NCBI GenBank assembly: GCA_973851085.1
Contig: OZ316775.1
Location: 20,956,001 to 21,020,000 of the forward strand
From: Ptychomitrium polyphyllum
Taxonomy: Eukaryota
Reading direction: 5' to 3'
Length of the DNA stretch: 64,000 nucleotides
Of this stretch, positions 43,018 to 57,200 are shown one piece after another. A program made the position numbers and the translations under genes. Numbering within the stretch: the first letter of the stretch is position 1; the number at the start of each line of letters is the position of its first letter. The notes beneath the pieces were generated by a model, which had not been told where the DNA came from, made no database searches, and saw nothing but the letters and a program-made list of their open reading frames with translations.

Positions 43018-46000
43018 ATGAGCTCCTCGAAAGTGTTCCCGCGGCCGGAAATTTCTCCAGGTCATAAGTAAGTATAAGATCTTGCAAAATTTTCCATGTT
43101 TAAGTGCTCTCGTATTTCCTGATCCAACCCCTAATATATCGTTTACATAAGTCCCTCTTAGCTGAAGTCCTTGGTGCACAAAATATGTTCCCGTCCTTGT
43201 TAAGATTGGATAACATTCGTGTTAAAGTTGAAAATTCACTTTGCTTTGACAAAAGATTGATAAACAATCCTTGCCATTTGTGCAGTAACACATTGAGTGT
43301 CAGCCTCTCTAGAGAGAAATTCAGTCATCCTGTGCTCTCACACTCCTGGAACAGAGCTCGTGACGAAGCCTCAGAAGACTCTGAGATCCGTTATTCTCGC
43401 ACAGGATTGGAACGATCTAACCAGCAAGGCAAGAGGAGATTCTCTACTTTGTCATCTCGCAAACAAAGTAGCTTCAGGTCAGTTTTACATGCTGATAGAG
43501 CATGAATGATTGAATCTTTGTAGCTGCTTGCAGTCACTTTTCAGATAGAACCAGCAGTTGGTAATCGTCTTAACGTCGTAATTTTAAATGAAATGATAAG
43601 CTGAATCTTACTCAAATTGACAAAGCACCCTTCTATCACTTTTATGAGCGCATAAACCTTGCAGAGTCTTAGGCATTTTAAAACTTCTCTAATGTTGCTT
43701 CCCGAACATAGAGGTCACATTCGAATTATGTTATCATGTATCGTTAAGACGAATTATATTAAGGTTACTTGGCGCTACATCCACAGTGGGCTGTGAAATT
43801 AATGTTATCTTGATTACAGCATGGCCATTAATGAAGAACTAATATACGGTATATTTCTGAAATAAGTTTCAATTCCGTGCTGTATTTTCCTTTCTCTGTG
43901 ACTACTCATGGAGAAATATGGTCCTAATTGGATTTTCTGCTGTGTGATTAAAAATGTGCTACAATGTGATCAGTTCTTGCCGTCAAAGGGAAAATGAAGG
44001 ATGGATTTTTGGCAAGGTTCTCGACCCTCAAAGCAAAGGAATCCGTCGTTGCAATCGCTTGTTCCTGCTTTCGTGTGTACTGGGCATTGCACTCGACCCA
44101 CTCTTCTTGTCAGTGATTTCCATTAACCCGAAGCTCTCTTGTCTATATGTGCAAAAGGGAAATCTTCTCGCACTGACAACTCTTCGAGTCTTTATTGACT
44201 TTGCCTATTTAACGCAGGTACATCTATATCCTTTCTTACCATCTCAATCCTCAAATTCTATCATGTTTTTAATTCCAGCTATTTTTAATGCAATTCATAT
44301 TGTTCAAAAATAGAATGGGTTGTTCATCAGATGCAGGTTGCCGACTCCAGGATATAGTTCATCGTGATGCCGTTTCTGCAGGACGCTTCTCCTTCTACTG
44401 AATATTGACCTCAGTTTCCTTAATATCTCTTCACAGCCAGTATGAATATGTGTATTTTCCAGTAGATTATGCCGTTTCTTTGAGGACAACCTCATTTGGT
44501 ATTAACCTCACTTTACTCTTATTACAGGTTTGGATGCAGTTGAAAACAGCTTACGTTTCAAAAGAATCACTGGTGCTAGGGCGAGGAGAGCTGGTTTGGG
44601 ATGCTCGCAAGATTGCCCGCAATTATCTTTTCCCGTTATCGGGATTTGCGTTTGATATGTATATTATCCTACCAGTACCTCAGGTATGAGAATTGTTAAA
44701 TGATATGTGAATGTGCTATCTGATAGGTTTTTGTTGAGACACAACAGTTATTTCATTTGTGTCTACTGTGGTTAAATTGCAATAGTTCAAGTTAATACCA
44801 TTGCAAGTAATTATCTTTACTAACGTTGCCTGTTGCTTGTCTAGCTTATGTTATGGGTGGTTACTCCACGATTGATTCAGAGTGGAAGAGATCCTACAAA
44901 ATGTATCACATTCATTATTGTCACCTTTCTGGTGCAATATTTGCCCAAAGTGGTGCACACAGCTTTGATGGTGCGGAGATTGCAACATGTAACAGGCTAT
45001 ATTTTTGGCACTGCCTCATCGGGCTTTTTTCTTAATTTGCTCGCGTACTTCATCTCTGCTCATGTGAGTTTCATATTAATGATATATATTTGTGTTTGTT
45101 GGCATACAGGTTTCTGAGCCTGTAATCTTGCTTTGTATTGTTGGTTGCTGCTCAATTTTCAAAGCTTACTTCAAATTTCAATAAGTGACTTGTATATGAA
45201 GATACCATGTATCATTGTTCTGAATGTAAGGGGCTCGACCAAGTGCATGCACTCATGAATCTGACGGTTTGTTCAACTCAACCAGGTTGCAGGATCGTTT
45301 TGGTACCTCCTCACAGTTCAGCGAGTGGAGACATGTCTTAATCTTCAATGTGACGGGATGGCTGACTGTCCATCTACAACTTTTGGTTGTCCTCTACCTC
45401 TATCATTCAGTCATCAGCCAGATGATCTTCTGAGGATGACTTGGTCTCAGAATACAAGTGTGAAAGGATGTCTTAATGGCAAAGCTGATTCTTTTCAGTA
45501 TGGAATTTATTTATGGGCGGTGCCTTTAGTAACGGATGGCCGGTTTATTCAGAAAATCTTGTATCCCCTCTTTTGGGGCGTCATGACATTCAGGTGTCAT
45601 TCTCATGCCTGTTCTAACTCTTCCAGTCTTGCTTATAGATAAACGCTTACTTATTATAAGCATCTTTGTTTCTAACTACGAGCTCAATCTTTCTGCTTTT
45701 AACGTCCAAAAATTGCATGTTTGCAGCTCTTTTGGCAACGCGTTAATACCAAGTAACCATTTTGTTGAGGTCCTCTTTGCTATTGCTGTAATTACATGTG
45801 GTCTACTTCTCTTTACGCTTCTTATTGGCAACATACAGGTTCTTTTCACTCCTGGCCTATTCATTTCTTGTTCTTTCATTGTTTTATCTGTCTGTTTGGA
45901 TAGAAAAGGGATATAATTGGAGCCCAATGGTTTATGAAGTCAAAGATTCTTCTTAATGAAATGTAAAGCGATATTGATATGACTTTGGATATTAGCGAGT

Positions 46001-47681
46001 TTGAACAAAATAGTAGGAATCAAGTCGACAATTATGCATGTAGGGCAGTAAACATGATTCTTTATACGATACAGACTTAATATGAAACGTAGGGGAGTTA
46101 TACTTGAGCAGTAGATTCATGCAGGCCTTTCCTACAATGAATTTAATTACTTCTAGTGTTAGGAATTGTTGAGACCTTAGAGCAGACTAACACTACACAA
46201 AAATCGCATATTGGTGTCAGGGAATAGTAGTACCTATTTCATAAGGTCTTTAGAATTGTAGACGTTCCAATTAGTGTAAGTGACACTGGCCATTTTCCTG
46301 TGTTGTGTATCACTATTTTAGTGTTGCCTAAAGAGGTTATTGCTGAACGAGAAAAAACATGCCCCATAACAGACATATTAACCACACTCTATACTGAAGT
46401 TGTGATCATGCTTGATGTTGCAGGTCTTTTTACATTCTATTACTTCGACAAAAACGGAAATGCAACTGCGCATTCGTGACCTTGAGTGGTGGATGCGGCG
46501 AAGGCAACTTCCTCATCGTCTGCGGGTACGTGTTCGTCAACAAGAACGCTATCGGTGGGCAGCCACTCGTGGTGTTGACGAAGAAGCTCTTGTTAGCAAC
46601 CTGCCTGAAGGACTTCGCAGAGACATTAAACGCCACCTTTGCTTGGACCTTCTCAAGAAAGTCCCACTATTTGAACAGCTTGATGATTTGTTCTTGAACA
46701 ACATTTGCGACAGCCTGAAACCTGTGTTGTTCATCAAAGATGAGCCAGTACGTTACCTCTACTCAACCCTTCATTGACAAATATTGATTACGCGCTTCTT
46801 TTCCACAACGAAACCGGATTTTACATGAGACATAGGTGCCTTTTATTATCTTGTACTACTTTATCATTTCTTAGGTAATATAGAGCATATTGAAAGCCAT
46901 CGATTCGACTAAATACTAAACGTAGTTTCCTCTCTTCGATATCTAATTTGCAGATAATATACGAAGGTAACCCAGTGCGCCAGATGTTATTCTTCGTGAG
47001 AGGAAGAGTTCTAAGTATGTACAGAATTAACGACAAAATGAGTAACTGCTTTCTTGGCCCTGGATATTTTCATGGAGACGAACTTATCTCGTGGTGCCTC
47101 AGCAAGTCAACGGGACGTCTTCCTCTCGCTAATGCCAGTCTGATGACATTGGAAACGACTGAGGCCTTCTCTCTGTCATATACAGATCTCAAATATATCA
47201 CTGATCATTTTAGGTATATGTCAATCAGTGTTTGAAGCAACACACTATGCATGGTATCATGTCCTGCAATGTTTGACCTATGACTGATATACCGCAGAAT
47301 GATGTTTTGCTTTTGTAACTCTAGGTAGAAAGAGGGTAACCTAGTCCCGTGCCTTGCAAGTCCAACCTGGATTGAGAAATTGAGAATTGGTGTCCACTCA
47401 GGTACAGGGTGGTTAGCGAACAACTGAAGAGGACCACCCGCTACTACTCATCAACGTGGCGTATGTGGGCTGCTATGGCAATTCAACTTGCATGGCGGCG
47501 ATTCAAGGCGCGCCGCAGTAAATTTTATTCAGGGCCTTTGAACTTTGCCCCTCTACACGATGGGAATTCAAGGCTCGATGCAATGCAGCAGGATCGGCTA
47601 CGAATGTATACGGCCATGATGACTTCTCCGAAACCTGCAGACAACTGGGGATCTGACATAAGCGCTTGTGCTGAAAATTAA
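43018..47681 (+). CDS. Cyclic nucleotide-gated ion channel, group IV-B (CNGC2/CNGC4-like); exons 43018-43067, 43286-43477, 43974-44217, 44528-44683, 44845-45063, 45286-45593, 45727-45838, 46424-46747, 46954-47213, 47402-47681
   Basis: VLDP...LDPLF, TGYIFGT, AHVAGSFWYLL, pore helix YPLFWGVMTFSSFGN, EWWMRRRQLP, CNBD GDELISWCL, IQ motif IQLAWRRFKAR, C-terminal RLRMYTAMMTSPKP. Phase-consistent GT-AG introns. The start exon is less certain (alternative ATG at ~42996). Confidence 0.92.
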
Positions 47682-49154
47682 TCTATTCATAGTTCTGGGA
47701 TACACCTTGCGTAATTCACAGGCTGACAACGGCGAACCGCTCATCAATTACGAAGGTTTTACGATGGTCTTCAAGTTCCTATCTTTACCTTCACCCGCAC
47801 ATTCAGAGCATGGGAGGCATCCGGTTCTAACATGAAAGGTGAGCACGTGCATTGTTCTGGTTCGGAGATTTTAATCTACTCCAGGGAAGGCCCAGGAGTC
47901 CAGGCACATGAAACGAGCTTACTTCATAGTAGCACTAAATCCTAATCTGGTTTCATGGCCTGAAATTGCTCATGTCAGGAAGCCTGACATTATCACACTG
48001 TATGAACCTGTTCAAGGAGGACTAGGCTATGTAACAGCGCCTTACCGATGGTTCATAGGTGGTTTTGTCGGTGCAAGAAACTGTGATCATCTACTAGGAA
48101 TCATTTACCTACAATGCTGCTCCTACAGTATACTAATGCAGCACCATGTCAAGTGATCCTCATTAACATAGGAGGTTTAAATTTTGACATAATTTGTTGG
48201 ATTTTAGGGTGAAACATACACTGACACAGTTGACTGCTTAAACATGTTTCTAGATTTTAAATGTGTAAACTTGATGTTAAATGTGTATGCAAGTTTTTGA
48301 ACTACAGTAAGTAGTATACTGTACCTGTATGGTCAACTCTAGTTGTCTATTCTGATAGGTATCTCTGCTGAATGTCCCAGTCCAAGTAATTTACTCAAAG
48401 AAACCAAGCAAACCGAAGCTTAAAACACTATCAAGCTACTTCAGATGAGTGTATCTGATTTGCATCGGATTATATATCAGAATTCATTATTATTAAGTAT
48501 GGGCTTCAGGGCCTGATATTTTCCGGATTGATTAATTGTGAACCTGTTGTGTGAGTATGGTGGTTCCAGAGTCTCCTTACTTAGTATAGTTATTTGTAAA
48601 ATCTCACTAGTGATCTCACCTTCATTTGATTTGTGTTTAAAATTGAAGCACACACTTCAATGCCATTAAATTTCACCTACTGTATGGGCATACATATTTC
48701 AATGAATGAGTCTCCCTTACAGATTATTTTCATACATCTCCACACCCCAACCTGCTCCCTTTGCACTGCCATCCATGCAACATGTCAGAAATCACATGCA
48801 TCCATGCTCGAATTACAATGTTGAATCTTACCCAAAGTCAATACATGCAAGATAATTTGACAATACTCGATACAATATGCATGCACGAATATACATAAGT
48901 GCTTGGAATGTATAATTGTGTATGTGGTATTCAAGGCAAGGCAAGGCAAGGCTTCACTTCACCGTAATTGAATTCTCAGCGTGACATGATTTCACAAAAC
49001 CATTGTTTTGCTTCATGTCAACGTTTTCAGGCATACAACTCCTTTCTTGCAGATATGGAGCGTGCAGTGATTGTGCCACGCAGTCGGGGGTTCGCTCCGG
49101 CATTTTCAGCTGTGATAGACTCAAGCGTTGATCATGGTTCTCGGAGGCACATGC

Positions 49155-49440
49155 TAGTTGTGTTCTATGAGTCGCGAGGTGGAGGAATGATGTACCAGTT
49201 GCAGGTTTAGAAGCAAAGCTGGCTTTGAGAGCGTTTTTAGGTTTTGGGGCTTGAGGATTCGTGGGTGCTGAATTCCGGTGTTTTGTTTTATGAGTCGCGA
49301 GATGGAGGAATGATGTGCGCGTTGAAGTTTCAGGACAGATAGATGGAGGAATGATGCCTGCACTTGGATCCTGTTTAGGAGCGAAGTAAAGCTGGCTTTG
49401 AGAGCGGTTTTAGGGTTTTGGGCTGGTTGGTTGTGTTTCA
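49155..49440. repeat. Imperfect local tandem duplication upstream of OGG1
   Basis: atgagtcgcgag(g/a)tggaggaatgatg occurs at ~49168 and ~49290 (partial ~49341); aaagctggctttgagagcg.ttttag occurs at ~49215 and ~49388. Confidence 0.8.
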
Positions 49441-49460
49441 GTGGAGGTCGTGGTGGAAGA

Positions 49461-51189
49461 ATGTTGCGAGTTGCGCCTCCGATTCCGACTCCAGGTGCAC
49501 CGTCTTCAGTTTGTGGGAACGTTCAACAGGTGTGCGGAGTGTCGGCGAAGACGTCGGTTTCGGTGCTACGCCGGAGTCAACGTCGGAAGCGAGCGTTGGA
49601 GGCTCACGAGGAGGACCCTGACTTCTTCGGTGTTGGATCCTCTGCCTCCAAGAAGCTCTTTACTTCTCGTGGACATGTTGGAACAGCATCAGACACCAAA
49701 ATTCAGCAAGTTGGTGTGAAACGTGAGTTGGGGGTTGCCAGCGTCGTTGAGGAGCTAGAAGGGATCGAGGGTTTGGCTGGAGATCGCCAGAACGTGACAA
49801 AGGTAGAGGAGGTTGGTGCAGGGGCTGGAGAAGAGGGTTGCAGATGGTGCAGTCTTGGAGTGGGGCGAGCGGAGCTCTGCTTGGATCTTACCCTTCCCAC
49901 AGGGCAGAGCTTCAGATGGAGGAAAACAGGTTTGTCGCAGTACACGGGGGTGGTGGGTGCACACCTCGTCTCTTTACGCCAGGTTTCGGACGAGGTTGAG
50001 TTTTTCCATCACGTGTCGTCGTACGCGGTGAAGGTTTCAGTAAGTGACGTTAAGAAGGAAATTCGGGAGTATTTGAATCTGGACACAAGCCTGGTGGATC
50101 TATATGCAGAATTTACGGCTGCAGATGCTCGGTTTGCGGCAGTGGCACCCTTCATTGCCGGAGCTCGCTTGTTACGACAACCGCCACTAGAATGCGTGTT
50201 CCAATTCATATGCTCCTCTAATAACAACATCCAACGCATCACAACGATGGTGGATTACCTTTCAAGTCGGGGCCTTTTCTTGGGATCAGTAGATGGAATT
50301 CGCTTTCATCAGTTTCCGTCTTTGGAAGAGCTGCTTCCTGTCTCTGAATCGCAACTTCGAGAAAACGGATTCGGATATCGGTAAGCTAACTGGTTCAACT
50401 TTTGCCTGTCTGTAGCCTCATTCTTAAGTTGTTAAGAGGATAGTCATTTTGCATTGATCTTGCACTGCTTATTTTTTCTCTGGTTTGCAAGTCCTGTCCC
50501 TCTGCTGCTCATATCATTGCAGCAGACGTAATTGTCTTTATTTGACAGTAAATTGGTCAGTTTTTTAAATTTCAGTTCATCACCACTGAATGTGTCTTTT
50601 TATTTTTCATTACAGGGCCAAGTACATTGTAGAAACGGCAGAAATGCTGCGTCAGAAGGCGGATGGAGGACAGCAATGGTTGTTAACGTTGAGGGGCCAA
50701 TCGCTGGATGACGTAGTCACGTCCTTATGCACACTGCCGGGGATCGGACCGAAAGTGGCGGCCTGCATTGCACTCTTTTCTCTAGATCAGCACCATGCTA
50801 TTCCTGTCGACACTCATGTGTGGCAGGTATGTTCAAACTGTGACAGTAGAAAAAAATATGTCTAGTTGTCCTTGTACTTTTAATTTCTGATGAGATTCGA
50901 TAGCAATGCTGTACACACTGCATGCCTTGGCTACATGTTTGGATTTGTCTATCCACTACTCTCATTCTATTTGCAGATCGCAGTGAGATATCTCTTGCCC
51001 GAGCTGGAAGGACGGAAACTCACCGTCAAGTTGCATCGGGAAGTTGCTGAAGCTTTTGTTCAAAAGTTTGGGAGCTATGCTGGTTGGGCACACACGGTGC
51101 TTTTCATAGCGGAGCTGTCGTCTCAGCAGAACCTCCTTCCATTACACTTACGAGTTCCGAAAAAGCGAAGTGTGAAGGCATCAAGATAG
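49461..51189 (+). CDS. OGG1: 8-oxoguanine DNA glycosylase / AP lyase; exons 49461-50380, 50616-50826, 50977-51189
   Basis: TLPTGQSFRW, GARLLRQPPLECVFQFICSSNNNIQRIT, GFGYRAKYI, HhH-GPD LPGIGPKVAACIALFSLD...PVDTHVWQ (catalytic K and D), YAGWAHTVLF. Confidence 0.96.
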
Positions 51190-54100
51190 CAGGCATGTAG
51201 GAAAGAACTGAAATATTTACCATTTTAGCTCTTTCGTTCTATTGTTGAAACTTCTGTTGTTTTGCTGCGAAATGAGTTGTATGTAAAGGATGAAACTTCA
51301 GAGAATCGAGGCAAATAATCATTTTCCAGAAGTACGTGAGAAACTCTCTCAAAGGCGATGACAAGAGATCGTGGAGATGTTGTTTTTTGTAGGATCAAAA
51401 GTACTCCATCAAAATTGTAAGTTAGAAGTTTAGGCTGATTTCAAAACTATGGAACATTCCGTATTTTGCTGGTTGTGCATACAACTATGCACAACCGCTT
51501 ACTAGCGGTTTGTCACACACCGGACTGTTGAAGCATTAGTGTTCTAAAGAAGATGAAGGGTATAGCTCTTCTGGAGCATAGAGTGCAGTTTGGATCTATT
51601 TGAAATTCGTTAATGTGGAGCAGTTCGCATCCAAATTTGGGTGCAGTTCATTTATTAGGCATCCATCGTTGTTGTTTGATTGTTGCTGTTTATACAGGGA
51701 TACGATTCTTGGTTTTGATTGAAAGGTGAATAAACAGTGCTCTAGAGTTATCCTTGAGCTCATGTGCCGAGGATGGACTTGGCTATGGCCGCCTTTGTGT
51801 CACAGTTCCATAAAATGTTGGTTGCTGCAAAATGTTTTCTGTAATAAAGTTTAACAATACAAACTTAACAGCTCTCTGCCAATACGAGAACTTACAAGAA
51901 CTTGCAATGGGTTGATTGTCTTTTCTTCAGATCCTGGGGCACATTGCCTTTTTGTGTTTTCGTTAGTTTGACACATATTCTGGCACGTTCATGGGTTTCA
52001 AACGAAACGTTAACAGTGGAATGGACAGCCTTGCAAATTCGCCCAAGCAGAACAGACATGTACAAGGAAGGACAAGTGAGCGATGGAAGAACTGCTGCAA
52101 GAATGGATGAATTGCCAACCAGAGTGTCACTGGTTAGGATGATGGACATGAAACTTGTATGGAAAGCCCCAAGAAGCCATGAGTATCACTACACACCACT
52201 GTACACAACCGCTGAACTAAGTATTCAATTATGGTAACAATAAAACCCATTTTGCAACCAGCCATGTGCCGTTGATCTCATGATGAAGACTCATTCAGCA
52301 CCGGGAAGAGGAAGTCCTTCAGGTGCAGAGACATCTAGACGATTCGTGGATTGCTGTTCCACCTGCCTTCATCATGGACAGGCTTGAAAGAGCAGTACTG
52401 GGTGCTAGTACAAGGAATTGCTCCTCAAGACAACTGGAAGAATGAGTCAATGAATCTGCCAGTTCTATAAATATTGTCTTAACTTATGTCAGTACCGGTA
52501 CTAACTCTGGCCTTAACTTCGACTCTGCATGGTTTTGACGACAGAGCCAGATGAGAGCCGATTGTGACGGGTTAGCACACTAAGGAGCAAAAATATAACA
52601 TAGCCGCCGAATGCAGAAGCAATAATACCTTGAGAAGCTCCTTCAGCTCCAATGTTGATGTCAGACTCAGATGACGCTTAATTTCTCAGCACGATTGTAA
52701 TTTATGTTGGTAATATGCCAGTTCGTAATCAATACCATGGTCGAGATTATGCTGATATCCGGCATGCTTTAAACAGAAAACACAAGTTCGATGTAAAGCT
52801 TAAGTAAGAGCTGCATAATTTTGGATCTTGAATTGGGGTGTTTAAAGTATTACTCCCTTTCAAGTAAATATTAAATGAAAAATAAAATATACTCTCTTGT
52901 AACAAAATATCTTCGTTTTACTATTTTGTGGCACAATGATCATCAAAGTTTGGCTGGCACAGAGAATCTGAAGGAGGTGCAGTTGTAATATTGTAATGGA
53001 AGCGGGTAGCACATCACAACTTTAGGCAGAAGCTCGTGGTAACTTAGTAAGTAGTGGTGTACTGAGTTCGAGCAGGTATGGTTCGCATGTGTGCAAGCTG
53101 TGGTGCAGACATGCATCCACATCGTAGGCAAGCTCATGAGATTGTTGTGTTGGTTGAGTTTTATCTTTGTTGCTGGCTGCTGTCATGATGGGTTGAGCCA
53201 GCTGAGTTCATCCTGAGGGAGAGAGGCCGCTGATTGATGTGTACAGGAGAGACTCTTGGTGAGCTATACATTGACGAATGTGTTGTCTGTTTGAAGGATG
53301 ATGGTGATTGCACATGGTGGTCGGCCTCAGACCCGGGCTGATGTCGGAGTTAAGCTGAGTATCTGAGCCGTATGTGCTTGTAAAGCAAGAGCGATATTTA
53401 GTTTACCTGCGAACGTCGTGAGGTTTGCTCTCTTCTGCCACTGCATTTTAGTTGTTGCCCTTGATTTTCCATATTTGCTTTCCCTGCAGGGCTGTGATTA
53501 CAGGCACCTTTACAAATAGATGGTAGCCCATGCATATGGAGTCTCGCACACTGGCATCGTTCTCTACCAGTTTGCTCATTGTTTCTACAACAAACACATA
53601 TTGGCGCCATGTCAAGCTTGGAGTTTGTTCAAATATTATTTCATATTGTTATCCCCTGTCTTTGGCGCTGCTGCAACTATGAACTTTTTGAGTCTAATTT
53701 GGTGTGCTTTTCTTCTTCATGGTCAAAGGTTAGCCAATGTCTTCATTGAAATCGTGTGATCACTGATGCCGAAGGCAAGAGATGATAGGTTATTGAATCA
53801 TGTTGATATACCCAGGGAAAGAAGTTTGATGACGGAAGGATCACTTGGTCGAGAACTGTCGTTTTCCGGACAAGCATACGCTCTATTGATCTGCTGGCAC
53901 CCGAATGATTAATTCTGCATTTGCCTTGTTTGTTTGACAGAATGGGATATCAGACCACCTAGGGACTCAAATGACTCAGGAATCATTTGTCTTCGTACAT
54001 AATTCGCAGCTGAGTGCCGGAAGCATGGTAAAAATCTGAACAGCTGACGAAGAGGTGGTCTGCCGATCTCTTTTGGGAGCAAAATTTGAATCACCGCAGC

Positions 54101-54246
54101 CAAGGTCATTGTGTTGAAGTTGAATCAATAATCTCGGCCTGACAACCAAAACTTCTAGAAGTGCCTACTCATTTTCCTCGGGGACTAAGTGGTGGTCTGA
54201 CGTGCATAGTTTTGCACACACGTAAACTTGAAAAACAGTGGCCGCC

Positions 54247-57200
54247 ATGTTGAGGATTTGGATTTGGATTTGGATGTGCTTCATATTAAATGTGCTGCTC
54301 CAGAATCATGTGATGGCTGTGAATGTCTCGTATGATCAGAGGGCTTTAAAACTGGATGGGCAGCGACGAATGCTTATATCGGGTTCCATTCATTATCCCC
54401 GCAGTACTGATGAGGTGAGTACGATACCTTCAAAATCATCGCAATCGAGATTGTAGCACTGTGTAATGTTTTCAGGAAGCTGGCCGTAGTCTTGATCTAT
54501 TGTAAATCGATTGGTAACATAGCCTCACACATCATCTAGTACTGTAATATCAGTTGGCATTATGCACAACTGAATCTGTATATATCCTACATTTGTTGTG
54601 CTTGAGTTGATGAAGCTCGCACTAAGATTCTGATTACGCATAGACGAAATCCTAAACTGAATACAAACATCTCATTAAACACGATATAACTCGCCGAACT
54701 CTTTTAACTTCAGAAAGGCCAACAACGCTGTATGTACAATAATTGATTCAAGGGTAATCTGTTGTTGCAGATGTGGCCAGGTCTCATAGCCAAGGCCAGG
54801 GAAGGAGGCCTGGATGTCATCCAGACCTACGTGTTCTGGAATGGGCACGAGCCTAGCAAGGGAGTGGTACGCATTTGGCAACTCGATTTTGTGTAGGAAA
54901 TGAAAGTCTTGGGTGCAGAATGCTTGAATATTCTTGTTTACTATCTCTGTTGTGTTAAATGCTGAGATTTGCTCCAGTTCAATAATATTAGTTCTGAGGT
55001 GTATTCGGAGTCGGTTTGATAAGCAGATCCATTTGCTTCATGTAGTTTGAGAGTTGGACCCCAGGATGCAACGGGAACCTCACTTGATTTGTTCACATTA
55101 GGGTGCCAAAGAGGATCGAGCTTGCAATTGCAGTCGTTGACCAGAATTTTAAACTTCTTACGTGCCCTTTCAGTATGATTTTGACGGGAGGTACAACTTG
55201 CCGAAGTTCGTGAGGCTGGTTCATGAAGCAGGAATGTTTGTCAGCCTTCGGATCGGCCCCTATGTGTGTGCTGAGTGGAATTCAGGGTATACTATATTAT
55301 CCACGTCCTCCGAGTAATTTGACACTAGTCATAATTGAGATGATAAGCATTTGTCTGCTTTGTTCTACTGAAATTTTCGATTATAAAGTCTTTCGGCCAT
55401 TTTAATCCTGATGGATGTGATCATTTGTGCAATTGCTTAAGTTGACATTTGTTGGGCACAGGGGCTTTCCCGCTTGGTTACGGTTTGTGCCAGGCATTGA
55501 GTTCCGCACAGACAATGAGCCCTTCAAGGTATCTACAGGTTCTTGCACTTTCTCACTGGGATACTACTGACCTTGTTGTCACTCTTATGAAGTCAATACA
55601 TGGTCGGTTGAGTGCGTTAAGAGCCTTTCATTCTGTTTCCTGGCTGCATAGAAATTCACGAGCTTATGATTGTGCAGTTGGAAACTCAAAGATTTGTGAA
55701 TCATGTGGTGACGATGATGCTAAACGAAAATTTATTTGCATGGCAAGGCGGCCCCATCATCTTGGCCCAGGCAAGCTCTACTCTATTCTCTCCGATCCTA
55801 AGAAGATAACAGATGAATAGTAAACCTAACTGTTTTGCTAAATAATAGTCTGAAACAATCGAGACCTGGAGCTCAATTTAGAGTCTTACAATCTTTTCAA
55901 TCTTCGCAACTGCACGCAGATCGAGAATGAGTACGGCAACATTGATGCTTCATATGGAGATGCAGGCCAAAGGTACATGAACTGGATAGCTAATATGGCT
56001 GTGGCGACAAACGCTAGCGTGCCTTGGATAATGTGCCAGCAACCTGAAGCTCCTCAATCAGTTGTATGGCAATCTAACTTTCAACCTATGTATGTCACGA
56101 GCTACTTCTGCTTAACCTCTACGCCTCTGAAGAGTTAGTTGATAAGGATCACTCAATATTTACCAAGTCCACCCAAGGAATTGAGATTCAAGTCCATATT
56201 TATGTACGAGTTACGTTGGCCTAAACGTGCCCTGTCCAAACATGATTCCTCAAGCAGAGGTTCACTATATTGTGGTTTCCCATCCAACCTCACATGTGCC
56301 CACAAGGAATATACGAGGATGCTGTTTTTCTTTACTTTTAAACCTTTCTAAATAATTTAAGCTAATATGAAATTGCCATTATGCGAAGTCCCAAATTGCA
56401 GTATGTCTTTCACCAATTGGCAGAGCCTTGTACACAAATGATGAAACTCTTCATCTATGCAGATCAATACGTGTAATGGCTTCTACTGTGATGGATTTCG
56501 ACCAAAATCTGAGGGGAAGCCTGCACTCTGGACCGAGAATTGGACTGGGTGGTAAAATTTACTTGCGAAAAGAATCCTTTCATATTCAATATATTCTCTT
56601 CACATCCTTCAATGTGCTTTCTTAGGAAACAAATTTTATAATAAAAATATAATGTTTTGAAGATGTAAAAGATGAATTGCAATGTATTCAATATCATGAC
56701 CTTATCATATTTAAGCTACAAGCTTGTAAGGGTCCACATGTGCAGGTATCAGAACTGGGGAGGAGCTGCACCAACTCGGCCAGTGCAGGACATAGCATTT
56801 GCAGTTGCCAGATTCTTCCAGAAAGGGGGAAGTTTTCAGAATTATTACATGGTATATCAGTATTATGGTGATCGTAGTCTCATTTATTGCTGAACGATAT
56901 GTTATAGGGAATTTTCTTTATGCATGGCTAGATCAACAGAACGAAAAATCTCAGCAAGGTGGATGTGCTGTGATTTGCAGTATCATGGAGGAACCAACTT
57001 TGAGCGGACTGGAGTAGAAAGTGTGACTACCAGCTATGACTATGACGCTCCTTTGGATGAATTTGGTAGCTCCCTTCACTCTATTATACAACTGCCTGAA
57101 ATATTTTTAATTCACAATAACTTCTGGTTTCAAAAGACGCCAGACATTCGATCTTCGATCTACAAAGATGCATGTTAAGATTTATCTGGGCATGAGTTGT

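Noticed and set aside
49398..49460. TTG-initiated extension of OGG1
   Set aside because: Non-ATG start within the duplicated promoter/UTR sequence; the ATG at 49461 is preferred.
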